Origin: Candidatus Daviesbacteria bacterium GW2011_GWA1_41_61
Lineage (GTDB): Bacteria > Patescibacteriota > Microgenomatia > Daviesbacterales > UBA10151
Assembly: GCA_000997385.1 (NCBI GenBank)
Contig: LCBT01000003.1
Span: forward strand, 892 to 64,891
Direction of reading: 5' to 3'
Length of the DNA: 64,000 bases
How positions within the stretch are numbered: the stretch's first letter is position 1; each line of letters begins with the position of its first letter. Position numbers and translations under genes: made by a program. The notes beneath the pieces were generated by a model. The model made no database searches. It saw only the letters and a list, made by a program, of their open reading frames with translations, and had not been told where the DNA came from. Positions 26,133 to 35,222 of this stretch are shown here, piece after piece.

Positions 26133-26624
26133 ATGATGAACTGCAAAATAGAATTTTATCAACAACAATACGCAGTAGAGGTTTATAAATTTTTCGAGGA
26201 TTTTCAGGATTATTTAGTTAATCTTGATCCTTTAAAAAGGTTAAAGAGAATTCCGGGATTTGGGGAAAAGGTTTTAGAGAAAACTGTTAAGGAAGTCGCT
26301 CAAAAACAGGGGGTATTTTATGTTGCTTTGGTTGGTGATAAGGTTGTTGGTTTTGTGGTTGGAGTTTTAGAAGGACAATCTGATGAAGGTTTGCTTAATG
26401 CTCATCCGGGGATTATGGGCAGGGTAACAGAGCTTTATGTGGATGATTCTTTTCGGGGTCAGGGTATAGGAACTAAACTAATGTCTAAAGTGGAGCAGTA
26501 TCTTAAGAGAAAAGACTGTGACTATATTTGGGTTGAGGTATTTTTACCTAATGTTAAAACCCACGATTTATATAAAAAATTAGGGTATCAAGATAGGGAT
26601 ATTGATATGATTAAGAAATTGTAG
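26133..26624 (+). CDS. GNAT family N-acetyltransferase
   Basis: Acetyl-CoA motif A RGQGIGTKLMSKVEQY. About 160 aa. Confidence 0.65.
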   Translation: MMNCKIEFYQQQYAVEVYKFFEDFQDYLVNLDPLKRLKRIPGFGEKVLEKTVKEVAQKQGVFYVALVGDKVVGFVVGVLEGQSDEGLLNAHPGIMGRVTELYVDDSFRGQGIGTKLMSKVEQYLKRKDCDYIWVEVFLPNVKTHDLYKKLGYQDRDIDMIKKL

Positions 26625-26663
26625 TCCTCGTGCGTCCACCTGAAAGGTGGAAAGAGACATTAA

Positions 26664-26957
26664 ATGACAGAAGTTTTAACAGATAGTTTGATAACAGATA
26701 GGATGAGAGAGCTCTATGCTGAAGATTGTAGGAAATGGGAGAGTTTGATAAGGAAAGCAAATTTAGCAAGATACCGCGGGTGTTTTACCTGTAGATTCTA
26801 TCGGCCACTAAGTTGTGAGTTTGTTGATGTAGCTGAAGTAGACGGAGATCCTTTACCTTGGGATACAGAGAGAGCTTTTGTCAGTTGTGCGCTTGTTCCA
26901 GACTTTGACGAAATATTAAGGATTAATTGCAAAAGATGGCAACTTAAAAATGGTTAA
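26664..26957 (+). CDS. small Cys-rich hypothetical protein
   Basis: 97 aa with CFTCRFYRPLSCEF and ...SCALVPDF...NCKRW. Overlaps the dprA start by 8 nt. Confidence 0.35.
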   Translation: MTEVLTDSLITDRMRELYAEDCRKWESLIRKANLARYRGCFTCRFYRPLSCEFVDVAEVDGDPLPWDTERAFVSCALVPDFDEILRINCKRWQLKNG

Positions 26958-28044
26958 AGATAATATTCCTTATCTTTTGGCTTTACATTCAATTAATGGT
27001 TTAGGGCCTATTAGGCTTAAGGCATTACTGGACTATTTTGAAGATCCTAAGAAAGTTTGGGAAGCTTCAGTAAAGGAACTTTTACAGTTAGGGATTCCTA
27101 AAAATACAGCTTCTCTTTTGGAAGAAACCAGAAGGCATCTTGACCCTGAAAACTATGCCCAGCAAATTTCCAACTCCGGTATTAAATGGACAACTCTCTT
27201 TGATGAAAATTATCCCGATCTTTTAAAGGAAATTTATGGTCCACCAATAGTTTTATATTACCTGGGGGATTTTAAACCTGAAGACAAAAGGGCTGTAGCA
27301 GTGGTGGGGACCAGGAAGATGACTGGTTATGGCAGACTGGTGACTGAGAAGTTAACTGCAGAGTTAGTAGAAGCTGGAGTAACTATTGTTTCTGGGCTAG
27401 CCAGGGGAGTAGATACCCAGGCTCACCAGACAGCTATTAAAAAAGAAGGTAGGACCGTGGCTGTTTTGGGAGGAGGGCTGCTCAAAATTTTTCCTCCGGA
27501 AAATACTCAACTGGCAAAGCAGATTATTTCTGGCTTTGGAGCCCTGGTTAGTGAGTTTCCCCCGGACGCTCCTTCCTTGCCAGGAAACTTCCCTACCAGA
27601 AACAGAATTATCTCGGGGCTGTCTTTGGCAGTTTTGGTAACTGAAGCGGCCCAGGATTCTGGGTCCTTAATTACTGCCAAACTGGCTTTGGAACAAGGCA
27701 GGGAAGTTTTTGCTGTCCCTGGTCCTATCACCTCAGAGTTGTCTTCTGGGCCGGCCTCCTTAATTAAACAAGGAGCTAGTCTGGTGACAGAAGCAGGGGA
27801 GATCTTGGAAGAGCTCGGGATAAGCAAAGGGAAAAGGGTTAAAGGTGAAGGGGAAAGCGGTTTAAAATTAAATGAAGTGGAGCGGCGGATACTGGAGACA
27901 TTGGCTTCAGAGAACAAACATGTTGATGAGTTTTGCCGGGAGTTGCAACTTCAAGCGTCAATTGTTTCTGCTTCTTTAATCAAAATGGAGATCTATGGTT
28001 TGGTGAAGAATTTGGGGGGAGGAATTTATGTCAAAGTTTGCTAA
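26950..28044 (+). CDS. dprA: DNA processing protein DprA (Smf) with C-terminal winged-helix domain
   Basis: Rossmann-like DprA core AVVGTRKMTGYGRLVTEKLTAELVEAGVTIVSGLARGVDTQAH and GSLITAKLALEQGREVFAVPG. C-terminal DprA_WH-like segment present. Confidence 0.85.
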   Translation: MVKDNIPYLLALHSINGLGPIRLKALLDYFEDPKKVWEASVKELLQLGIPKNTASLLEETRRHLDPENYAQQISNSGIKWTTLFDENYPDLLKEIYGPPIVLYYLGDFKPEDKRAVAVVGTRKMTGYGRLVTEKLTAELVEAGVTIVSGLARGVDTQAHQTAIKKEGRTVAVLGGGLLKIFPPENTQLAKQIISGFGALVSEFPPDAPSLPGNFPTRNRIISGLSLAVLVTEAAQDSGSLITAKLALEQGREVFAVPGPITSELSSGPASLIKQGASLVTEAGEILEELGISKGKRVKGEGESGLKLNEVERRILETLASENKHVDEFCRELQLQASIVSASLIKMEIYGLVKNLGGGIYVKVC

Positions 28045-28053
28045 GATAAAGCT

Positions 28054-28413
28054 ATGGTTGAGAGTAAATTAAAGCTGGTAATGTTAGTTTTAATAGTCAT
28101 TGGAGCTACGGTGACTTTGACCCTTATGACCAGCCAATCTAAACCTGTGGAAAGAAAGCTTTCAGCTGAAGATACTGAGGCGGTGATACGGGCCAAAGAT
28201 GTTTACCGTAAAGGGAAGGAAGGAGAAATGGATCTGTCCTCTGGACCGTGTCTTTCTAATGATTTGATGCCGGGGTGGGTGGCAGATGTAGTTTCAAGCC
28301 CCAGGACTTTGGAAGATGATCTACCCCATAATCAGTGTGCTGCCTTTTTAGAAGGCCGGGCTGAGCATTTTGTAGAACTGGATCAAAAAGGGAATTTAGT
28401 GAGAGTGAGATAG
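28054..28413 (+). CDS. hypothetical secreted or membrane-anchored protein
   Basis: N-terminal TM/signal anchor (LVMLVLIVIGATVTLTLM). Cys at CLSND and CAAF. 119 aa. Confidence 0.35.
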   Translation: MVESKLKLVMLVLIVIGATVTLTLMTSQSKPVERKLSAEDTEAVIRAKDVYRKGKEGEMDLSSGPCLSNDLMPGWVADVVSSPRTLEDDLPHNQCAAFLEGRAEHFVELDQKGNLVRVR

Positions 28414-28415
28414 AG

Positions 28416-30947
28416 ATGAACTACCTGTCCATACCTTTAAACTTACTTCAGTTTTGGTACCCTCAAGCTCTGGTTATCTTTATCCGAAGCTTTAAAAACT
28501 TGATACTTTATTTAGAAGAAGATTTAGCTTTGGGATTGATGTGGAAGTTGCTGCTGGTGCCCCTCTTTCATGACTCTTCTTTTTTAGGCAGGATTTTAAG
28601 TTTTTTCTTTAGATTGTCCAGAATTTTTTTAGGCCTTTTTGCCTTTTTGTCAGTGGGCATCCTTATCTTTACTTTAACACTCTTTTGGTTTACCTTGCCT
28701 CTTTGGATAATAGTTTTAAAAGGAGACTTAAGATATTTAGCTTTAGGCAGTTTGCTTTTGGGGTTGTTACTTTTTATCTATCATTTATTTTCCCATCCTC
28801 CTAAAAAGGTTTGGCAGATCAAAAGTGTAGATGAGATTTGGCAGACCAGCAGGTTAAATCAGGGCCAGGCTAATTGGAAAAACCTTTTAAAAACCAAAGA
28901 GGTAAGAAACCTGCTGCGATATCTAGAAAAAAAACCTGAGGATTTAGCCGGACTTTCTGGGGGGAGTATTGCCGGCAGCGGGATCCTGCAAAGCTGTTTA
29001 GAACTGGGTAAAAAACTGGCGGTGCCTTATCTTCAGCCGGAACATTTTTTTGTCGCTGCCTTAACGAATATTCCTAATATCAGCGGCTCTCTGGCTAAGG
29101 TGGGTTTGACTGCCGAAGATTTTTTGTCTGTTTTAGATTTTCTAAAGAGAAAAGAACAGTACCATCATTTTGCAGCTGTTTGGGATGAGGATTTCCATGT
29201 TAAGCACTTAAAAGGGATTAACCGGGGGTGGTTGGGAGTGCCAACCCCTAATTTAGATATGGCCTCTGATGATCTGACGCGTCAGGCTGCCAAAGAAAAA
29301 CTCCCTGATTTTGTGGGTAGAGCAGAGGTGGTGAGCCAGGTGGTCAATATTTTGTCTTTAGAGGCAGGAAGAAATGTGGTCATAGTGGGTGAGCCGGGGT
29401 CAGGCAGGAGCACTTTAGTGGCATACTTGGCCAAACTGATTGTCTTGGGAGATGCTCCAGCCTCTTTGGCTACCAAACGTTTAGTTAGGTTGGATTTAAC
29501 AAGGCTTTTGTCCGGAGTCAAAACTCAAGGAGAGTTGGCTCAAAAAGTTGGTGATATCTTTGAGGAAGTCAAATTCTGCGGCAATATCATGATCTATATT
29601 GACGAAATCCAGGATTTAGGAATAGGCGAGGTCTCTTCAGAATTTAACCTTTATTCACTGCTTTTACCCTATATTGAGTCTTCTAACTTTCAATTTCTAT
29701 CTTCCACTGAAATACAAAATTTTACTAAAATCCTAGAAAAAAATGGGGCTTTTGCCAGGTTATTTACTAAAGTGGAACTGCCTCCTGCTTCCGCCCAAGA
29801 AACAGTCCAGATTTTACAAAATAAAGCTATTGAAGAGGAATCACATAAAAGTCAGACCAGTTTAATAGCCATCAAGGAGATTGCTAAGGTGACTTCCCAA
29901 TATATTCATGACCGGGTGCTGCCAGATTCAGCCCTAAAGATTTTCCTTCAATGCCAGAATCAGGCAGAAGATGGCTGGGTAATTAAATCAACGGTGGATA
30001 AAGTTTTTCAAACTCAAGTGAATATTCCAGTAGGAGAGGTAGAGGCTGAGACAAAACAGGAACTGCTTAATTTAGAAACAATCATTCATAAAAAGTTTAT
30101 TGACCAGGAGGAAGCGGTGGCAGCCATTGCCAAGACGCTGCGCCGGGCAGCTACTGCACTGCGGGAACAAAACAGACCAATCGGATCATTTTTATTTGTC
30201 GGCCCCACCGGAGTGGGAAAGACTGAACTGGCTAAGGTTTTATCTGAAGAATATTTTAAAAGGCAGGGCAATTTCTTAAGGTTTGATATGTCTGAGTATC
30301 AAGCTCCAGAATCAGTTAGTAAGCTAATTGGCCAGTCAGGGGAGGAAGGGATCTTAACAGAAAGTGTCAGGCTAAAACCTTATACTTTAATTTTACTGGA
30401 TGAATTTGAAAAAGCAGATAATAAAGTGCTGACTGTTTTTCTCCAGGTTCTAGAGGATGGCAGGTTAACTTCTGGGTCAGGCAGGACGGTTGATTTTACC
30501 AACACTATTATTGTGGCTACCTCCAACGCTGCCAGTTTAACTATTGCCCAAGGTTTGAGATCCGGACAAATCTTGGAACAACTAAAAGATAAAGTGAGCA
30601 GTGAGTTATTGCAGATTTTTAAACCTGAGCTGATTAATAGATTTGATGAAGTGGTGTTGTTTAAGCCCCTAATCCCTTTAGATTTACAAAAGATTGTCCG
30701 GTTAAAGTTATCAGCCTTACAAAAACAGCTTTCTGATCAAGGGTATATGGTAGATTTTGCTGATGAACTGGTAGTCAAGCTGGCTGAGAAGGGTTATGAT
30801 GCAGTCATGGGAGCCCGACCCTTAAGAAGGTTGATCCAGGATACTTTGGAAGCAAGATTATCAGTGATGATTTTAGAAAATAAACTTCCTAAAGGAGAAA
30901 AGTTTATTGTCACCAGACAAGAACTCGAACAAAGTGAGAGTTCATAG
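28416..30947 (+). CDS. membrane-anchored ClpC/ClpB-like double AAA+ ATPase
   Basis: Four predicted TM helices in aa 1-125. A single Clp_N-like repeat (PEHFFVAALTNIPNISGSLAKVGLTAEDF). D1 has Walker A VGEPGSGRSTL and Walker B IMIYIDEIQDL. A short linker follows. D2 has FLFVGPTGVGKTELAKVL, ILLDEFEKADNKVLTVFLQVLEDGRLT, and a sensor region VDFTNTIIVATSN. I do not see a ClpP-docking IGF/L loop. Confidence 0.75.
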   Translation: MNYLSIPLNLLQFWYPQALVIFIRSFKNLILYLEEDLALGLMWKLLLVPLFHDSSFLGRILSFFFRLSRIFLGLFAFLSVGILIFTLTLFWFTLPLWIIVLKGDLRYLALGSLLLGLLLFIYHLFSHPPKKVWQIKSVDEIWQTSRLNQGQANWKNLLKTKEVRNLLRYLEKKPEDLAGLSGGSIAGSGILQSCLELGKKLAVPYLQPEHFFVAALTNIPNISGSLAKVGLTAEDFLSVLDFLKRKEQYHHFAAVWDEDFHVKHLKGINRGWLGVPTPNLDMASDDLTRQAAKEKLPDFVGRAEVVSQVVNILSLEAGRNVVIVGEPGSGRSTLVAYLAKLIVLGDAPASLATKRLVRLDLTRLLSGVKTQGELAQKVGDIFEEVKFCGNIMIYIDEIQDLGIGEVSSEFNLYSLLLPYIESSNFQFLSSTEIQNFTKILEKNGAFARLFTKVELPPASAQETVQILQNKAIEEESHKSQTSLIAIKEIAKVTSQYIHDRVLPDSALKIFLQCQNQAEDGWVIKSTVDKVFQTQVNIPVGEVEAETKQELLNLETIIHKKFIDQEEAVAAIAKTLRRAATALREQNRPIGSFLFVGPTGVGKTELAKVLSEEYFKRQGNFLRFDMSEYQAPESVSKLIGQSGEEGILTESVRLKPYTLILLDEFEKADNKVLTVFLQVLEDGRLTSGSGRTVDFTNTIIVATSNAASLTIAQGLRSGQILEQLKDKVSSELLQIFKPELINRFDEVVLFKPLIPLDLQKIVRLKLSALQKQLSDQGYMVDFADELVVKLAEKGYDAVMGARPLRRLIQDTLEARLSVMILENKLPKGEKFIVTRQELEQSESS

Positions 30948-30976
30948 CCTCCCAGCAATTACTTAACTTATAGTGT

Positions 30977-31693
30977 TTGACTTTAAGACAAGGAGAAGCT
31001 AAAATACTAGGCATGGTTGAGAGTGAAACAGGAAAACAAGAAAACTTTTTAAATATTACTCAAAACACTCTTCGGCAGTTAAGGGGCCGTGCCCGTTGGA
31101 TAACTCAAGAGAAAGGTAGCTGTGGAATTAGGACAGCTGTAGCTATGGGGATAGCTGTAGTAGGAGGTGCAGCGTTATTGACTTTGGCTGCATTACCTCT
31201 TTTTGAATCAAAACTAAGTCCAGTATTAGCTACTCCTGCTTCAGAAAAATCGGTAGTCGCTCAAACTTCTGCTCCTACCCCTGCTCCTGGTTTAGATTAC
31301 ATTAGACGAGGAATGTTAGATCCTACTCCTGTTGCTGGTAGGGAACCTCTTGTTATTGAGGCAACTTTATCTCGAGGGAAAGCTTTAAATGGCTTGGTCT
31401 TTGGTAATTGGCTGAAACTAGCTGAGTGCCCCGATGGTTCTTATGGATGGCAGGTGAGATATCTTCATAGAGTACAAGGCGAGGGTTTCTTTAATTCTTC
31501 AGGAGGTTTTGCTACAGCTAGGGGTACTAATTTAAAAGATAGGAGTGTTTATAACCGGCTTTACATCAATCCAAATAAAGATCTGGGTATCCATGAAGGT
31601 CCTGTGAATTTAGAATGTTTAGCAGGATATATAGGATCTAGTAAAGTTACTGAAAGCCATTCTTTACAATACAGGATTGAACTTACTCCCTAA
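30977..31693 (+). CDS. hypothetical secreted protein
   Basis: Internal TM/signal (AVAMGIAVVGGAALLTLAALPLF), a Pro/Ala/Thr-rich linker, then a roughly 120-aa C-terminal domain of unknown function. The start is probably an internal Met. Confidence 0.4.
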   Translation: MTLRQGEAKILGMVESETGKQENFLNITQNTLRQLRGRARWITQEKGSCGIRTAVAMGIAVVGGAALLTLAALPLFESKLSPVLATPASEKSVVAQTSAPTPAPGLDYIRRGMLDPTPVAGREPLVIEATLSRGKALNGLVFGNWLKLAECPDGSYGWQVRYLHRVQGEGFFNSSGGFATARGTNLKDRSVYNRLYINPNKDLGIHEGPVNLECLAGYIGSSKVTESHSLQYRIELTP

Positions 31694-31817
31694 CTGTAAT
31701 ATCTTACTTATCTGAGAACTTTTTTTCTTAACTTAGCCTTGAAAGATGTCCATCTTTGTGGCTATTTAATGAAGGAGCTTGACAAGTTGGATAGAATTAG
31801 TTGAAAGTAGAAAACAT

Positions 31818-33920
31818 ATGCAGAATTTGGTGATTGTGGAAAGCCCTACTAAAGCCCGGACCCTGTCTAAGTTTTTGGGAAGTAAATATCAAGTTGAAGC
31901 TTCCATGGGGCATATTAGGGATTTGCCTAAGGCTGATTTAGGGGTAGATATAGAAGATAATTTCGAACCTAAGTATATTATTCCCAGAGATAAATTAAAA
32001 AGAGCTAATGAGTTAAAAAAGCTGGCTTTAGGGGCTAAAACTTTATGGCTGGCTACAGATCCTGATCGAGAAGGAGAAGCCATCGCCTGGCACATAGCAG
32101 AATTCCTGCGGAGTTCAAAACTCAAAACTCAAAATTCAAAATTCAAAACTGATGAGAAAATAGATATGAAGCGTGTTGTGTTTCATGAAATTACTCCTGA
32201 GGCTATTAAGGCAGCCTTTGAAGAACCCAGAAGGATTGATCAAAAGTTGGTTGATGCCCAGCAAGCGAGACGGGTTTTAGACAGACTGGTAGGTTATAAA
32301 CTATCACCCCTGCTTTGGAAAAAAATTAAAAGTGGTCTGTCAGCCGGGAGGGTTCAGTCTGTAACTTTAAGGTTGATTGTGGAGAGGGAAAAGGAGATTA
32401 AGGCTTTTAAACCAATAGAATACTGGAGTATAGAAGCAGAATTGGTATCTGCTCAGGGTCCTGCCGGCTCACAGCCCCATCATGGGGCTCCCCGTTCGCC
32501 GTCACCCGCCTCCTCTTTTTTGGCAAATTTAATAGAAAAAGAGGGAAAAAAGTTGACTATTAAAAATCAGGCTGAAGCAGAGGGACATCTAAAAGCTTTA
32601 GAAAAAGCAGAATATCAAGTTTCTAAAGTGGCTAAAAAAGAGGTTAAAAAATATCCCGCTCCTCCTTTTACCACCTCCACTTTACAACAAGCTGCCTCAA
32701 ATAAATTAGGCTTTACCTCTAAAAAAACCATGATGTTGGCTCAAACTTTATATGAACACGGGTTGATAACTTACATGAGGACTGATTCTGTAAATTTGGC
32801 CCCTCAAGCCTTATCTCAAGCCAGAACTTTTATTGAGCACAGTATTGGGAAGAATTATTTGCCTCATACTCCAAGGGTTTATAAAACCAAATCCAAAGTA
32901 GCTCAAGAGGCTCATGAAGCTATAAGGCCTACTGATATTAATAGGACTGGGGAAAAATTAGCAGCTTCAGAAGGGTTAAGCAGAGATCACTTAAAGATCT
33001 ATGATTTAATTTGGAAGAGGATGGTAGCTTCCCAAATGGCCGAAGCGGTCTTTGATCATACTTTGGTAGATGTGACGGCTTCAGCTCACCTCGGAGGTGT
33101 TACTTATCTGCTTCGGGCAACAGGAAGTATTATTAAATTTGATGGATGGCTGAAGATATATGAAGTTCCAAATGCAAAGTTAAAAGTTCAAAGTTTAGAT
33201 GATCAAAAGGCACAAGAAGATGGTAATGATGGAAAAGAGCAGACTTTACCCCAGTTAACAGAAGGAGAACTATTAAAGTTGCTGCAGCTTATTGACCAGC
33301 AGCATTTTACTGAGCCTCCTCCTAGGTTTAATGAGGCTTCTTTAATTAAAAAACTGGAGGAGCTGGGGATTGGCCGGCCTTCCACTTATGCTCCGATTAT
33401 CTCTACTATTATAGAAAGGTTTTATGTCGAAAGGCTGGAGAAAAAGTTTATTCCTACTGAACTGGGGATAGTAGTGACAGATTTTCTAGTCCAAAACTTT
33501 CCTGATGTTTTTGATTATGCTTTTACAGCTCAGATGGAGGATGAACTGGATGAGATCGCTCGGGGGGAAAGAGCTTGGCGGCCGACTTTAGCTGAGTTTT
33601 ATAAACCATTTGCGGCTAAATTAGAGAATGTTTTTGATAAAGCTGAGAGGGTTAAGATAGAAGCAGAGGTGACAGACAAGGTTTGTCCCAAATGCGGCAA
33701 GAACTTACAAATTAAATTTGGTAGATTTGGCAAATTTTTAGCCTGCAGCGGTTTTCCAGAGTGTAAATACACCGAAAGTTTAGAAGAAAAGATTGATATT
33801 CCTTGTCCAAATTGTGGGGGAGATATAGTTTTAAGAAGGACCAAAAAGGGCAAGCCGTTTTATGGTTGTAAAAACTACCCCAACTGTAAATTTGCCTCCT
33901 GGACAAAACTAAAGAAATAA
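31818..33920 (+). CDS. topA: DNA topoisomerase I
   Basis: TOPRIM MQNLVIVESPTKARTLSKFLG. Active-site region with catalytic Tyr (GLITYMRTDS). Two or three C-terminal C4 zinc ribbons (CPKCGKNLQ...CSGFPEC; CPNCGGD...CKNYPNC). Contains an in-frame (TCAAAAY)5 heptamer repeat at 32114-32148. Confidence 0.9.
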   Translation: MQNLVIVESPTKARTLSKFLGSKYQVEASMGHIRDLPKADLGVDIEDNFEPKYIIPRDKLKRANELKKLALGAKTLWLATDPDREGEAIAWHIAEFLRSSKLKTQNSKFKTDEKIDMKRVVFHEITPEAIKAAFEEPRRIDQKLVDAQQARRVLDRLVGYKLSPLLWKKIKSGLSAGRVQSVTLRLIVEREKEIKAFKPIEYWSIEAELVSAQGPAGSQPHHGAPRSPSPASSFLANLIEKEGKKLTIKNQAEAEGHLKALEKAEYQVSKVAKKEVKKYPAPPFTTSTLQQAASNKLGFTSKKTMMLAQTLYEHGLITYMRTDSVNLAPQALSQARTFIEHSIGKNYLPHTPRVYKTKSKVAQEAHEAIRPTDINRTGEKLAASEGLSRDHLKIYDLIWKRMVASQMAEAVFDHTLVDVTASAHLGGVTYLLRATGSIIKFDGWLKIYEVPNAKLKVQSLDDQKAQEDGNDGKEQTLPQLTEGELLKLLQLIDQQHFTEPPPRFNEASLIKKLEELGIGRPSTYAPIISTIIERFYVERLEKKFIPTELGIVVTDFLVQNFPDVFDYAFTAQMEDELDEIARGERAWRPTLAEFYKPFAAKLENVFDKAERVKIEAEVTDKVCPKCGKNLQIKFGRFGKFLACSGFPECKYTESLEEKIDIPCPNCGGDIVLRRTKKGKPFYGCKNYPNCKFASWTKLKK
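32114..32148. repeat. tandem heptanucleotide repeat (TCAAAAY)x5 inside topA
   Basis: ttcaaaa ctcaaaa ctcaaaa ttcaaaa ttcaaaa, read directly. It encodes S-K-L-K-T-Q-N-S-K-F-K-T immediately after the conserved GEAIAWHIAEFL segment. Confidence 0.8.
33887..33909. repeat. 23-bp direct repeat copy 1 (taaatttgcctcctggacaaaac), last codons of topA
   Basis: Identical 23-mer recurs at 34934-34956. Copy 1 encodes ...CKFASWTKL at the topA C-terminus. Confidence 0.8.
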
Positions 33921-33937
33921 GATAAAACTTTTTAGGA

Positions 33938-34351
33938 ATGTACCGAACTAAAAAGTCAGAAGATCGTTATCAACAGTATCGAAAGACAGAAAGTAGATGT
34001 CCTTTTTGTACTCTTTCTGGGGAACGGATCATAGAAGAAACCAAAAGCTTTTACCTTATTAAAAATATTTACGGATATGATATTTGGGATAGAAGGAAGG
34101 TGAAAATTCACCTTCTACTGATTTCAAAAAATCATATAGCGGCTTTGCAAGAAATCGAGAAAGATATGGTTCAAGAGTATACAGATATTCTAAAAAAATA
34201 TTCTGAAAGAGGTTTTGATATTTTTACCAGGGCTACAGTTTCTTTGACAAAAAGCCAACCTCATTTCCATACTCATTTAATAAAAACTACTGGAAGATTG
34301 TTAAAGTCAGTGCATTTTAATGAAGATCCTTACTTTTTACACTTTAGTTAA
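33938..34351 (+). CDS. HIT-family nucleotide hydrolase/transferase
   Basis: Histidine triad HFHTHLI (HxHxHxx) near the C-terminus and an N-terminal CPFC, as in many HIT proteins. Confidence 0.65.
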   Translation: MYRTKKSEDRYQQYRKTESRCPFCTLSGERIIEETKSFYLIKNIYGYDIWDRRKVKIHLLLISKNHIAALQEIEKDMVQEYTDILKKYSERGFDIFTRATVSLTKSQPHFHTHLIKTTGRLLKSVHFNEDPYFLHFS

Positions 34352-34357
34352 ATAATA

Positions 34358-34936
34358 ATGAGTATTGAACTGGGCACTACATTAGAAGTTGATCAATATA
34401 GAGATCCTTTATTACCTACTGCAGAAAGAGTAATTCCAATTGAAAGGCTTGTTGGCTTATTAAGGGAAGCTCATGGTCAGTATTTGGTGGGTGCGACTTC
34501 GGGAACGTTTGATCTCCTTCATTTAGGTCATCTACGCTACTTAGAAAGATTGGCTTACGAGGTGTATTCAAGATTAGGAGCTGGGAGAAAGGGTTTGGTG
34601 GTAGTGGGCGTTAATTCGGATGAGTCTACTCGTCGGAATAAGGGAGGAAGAACAAATGGGCGTCCGGTGATGGATGAAAGAACACGAGCGGAAATTGTGG
34701 CGGGATTAAGATGTGTTGATCTGACTTTTATTTTTGATGATGACCTCCAACTTGCTCAGCTTCATGTTGATCTTTTTCAAGTGTTTACAGGATCTGATCA
34801 TAAGCCAGAGGATCGTCCTGAGGTATCTTTAATGAAACAGAGTGGAACTTTTATTATTTCTGTTGACCCTGAAGAAGAAAGACCTGGGGCTACCACAGAT
34901 ATAATTAAAAAGATCAGAGAACATAATATCTACTAA
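34358..34936 (+). CDS. cytidylyl/adenylyl-transferase of the (H/T)xGH nucleotidyltransferase family (RfaE domain II / TagD-like)
   Basis: GTFDLLHLGHLRYLERLA (HxGH motif) and VVVGVNSDESTRRNKGGRTNGRPVMDERTRAEIVAGLRCVD, which resembles heptose-1-phosphate adenylyltransferase and glycerol-3-phosphate cytidylyltransferase cores. Confidence 0.7.
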   Translation: MSIELGTTLEVDQYRDPLLPTAERVIPIERLVGLLREAHGQYLVGATSGTFDLLHLGHLRYLERLAYEVYSRLGAGRKGLVVVGVNSDESTRRNKGGRTNGRPVMDERTRAEIVAGLRCVDLTFIFDDDLQLAQLHVDLFQVFTGSDHKPEDRPEVSLMKQSGTFIISVDPEEERPGATTDIIKKIREHNIY

Positions 34937-34956
34937 ATTTGCCTCCTGGACAAAAC
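34934..34956. repeat. 23-bp direct repeat copy 2, begins with the stop codon of the nucleotidyltransferase gene
   Basis: taaatttgcctcctggacaaaac, identical to 33887-33909. The two copies bracket a 1.05-kb two-gene cassette. Confidence 0.8.
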
Positions 34957-35039
34957 CTAAAAAGTAGTTGACAGGACTTCAAGTACGGGGTATATCATGG
35001 AGAAAGTAGTCTTTTCTTGAAAGAAAGGGGTGATTTAAA

Positions 35040-35222
35040 TTGAGTAGCGAACAAAAAGACAGAGTGGTGGTTGTTGTTAAAGTTGAGCCCGATATGGTTA
35101 ATGGCTATGCAGGTGAGGTACTTTCAAAAGCTGTACAGAGGCCTAAACCGGTTGAAGCGGTTAAAGCTCCTAGTAATAACAAATTACCTCAGGCCAAAAA
35201 AACTCCCGCATACCTGGGTTAA
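35040..35222 (+). CDS. small hypothetical ORF (60 aa) in a 415-bp gene-poor spacer
   Basis: Lys/Val-rich with no motif. Possibly non-coding. Confidence 0.2.
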   Translation: MSSEQKDRVVVVVKVEPDMVNGYAGEVLSKAVQRPKPVEAVKAPSNNKLPQAKKTPAYLG

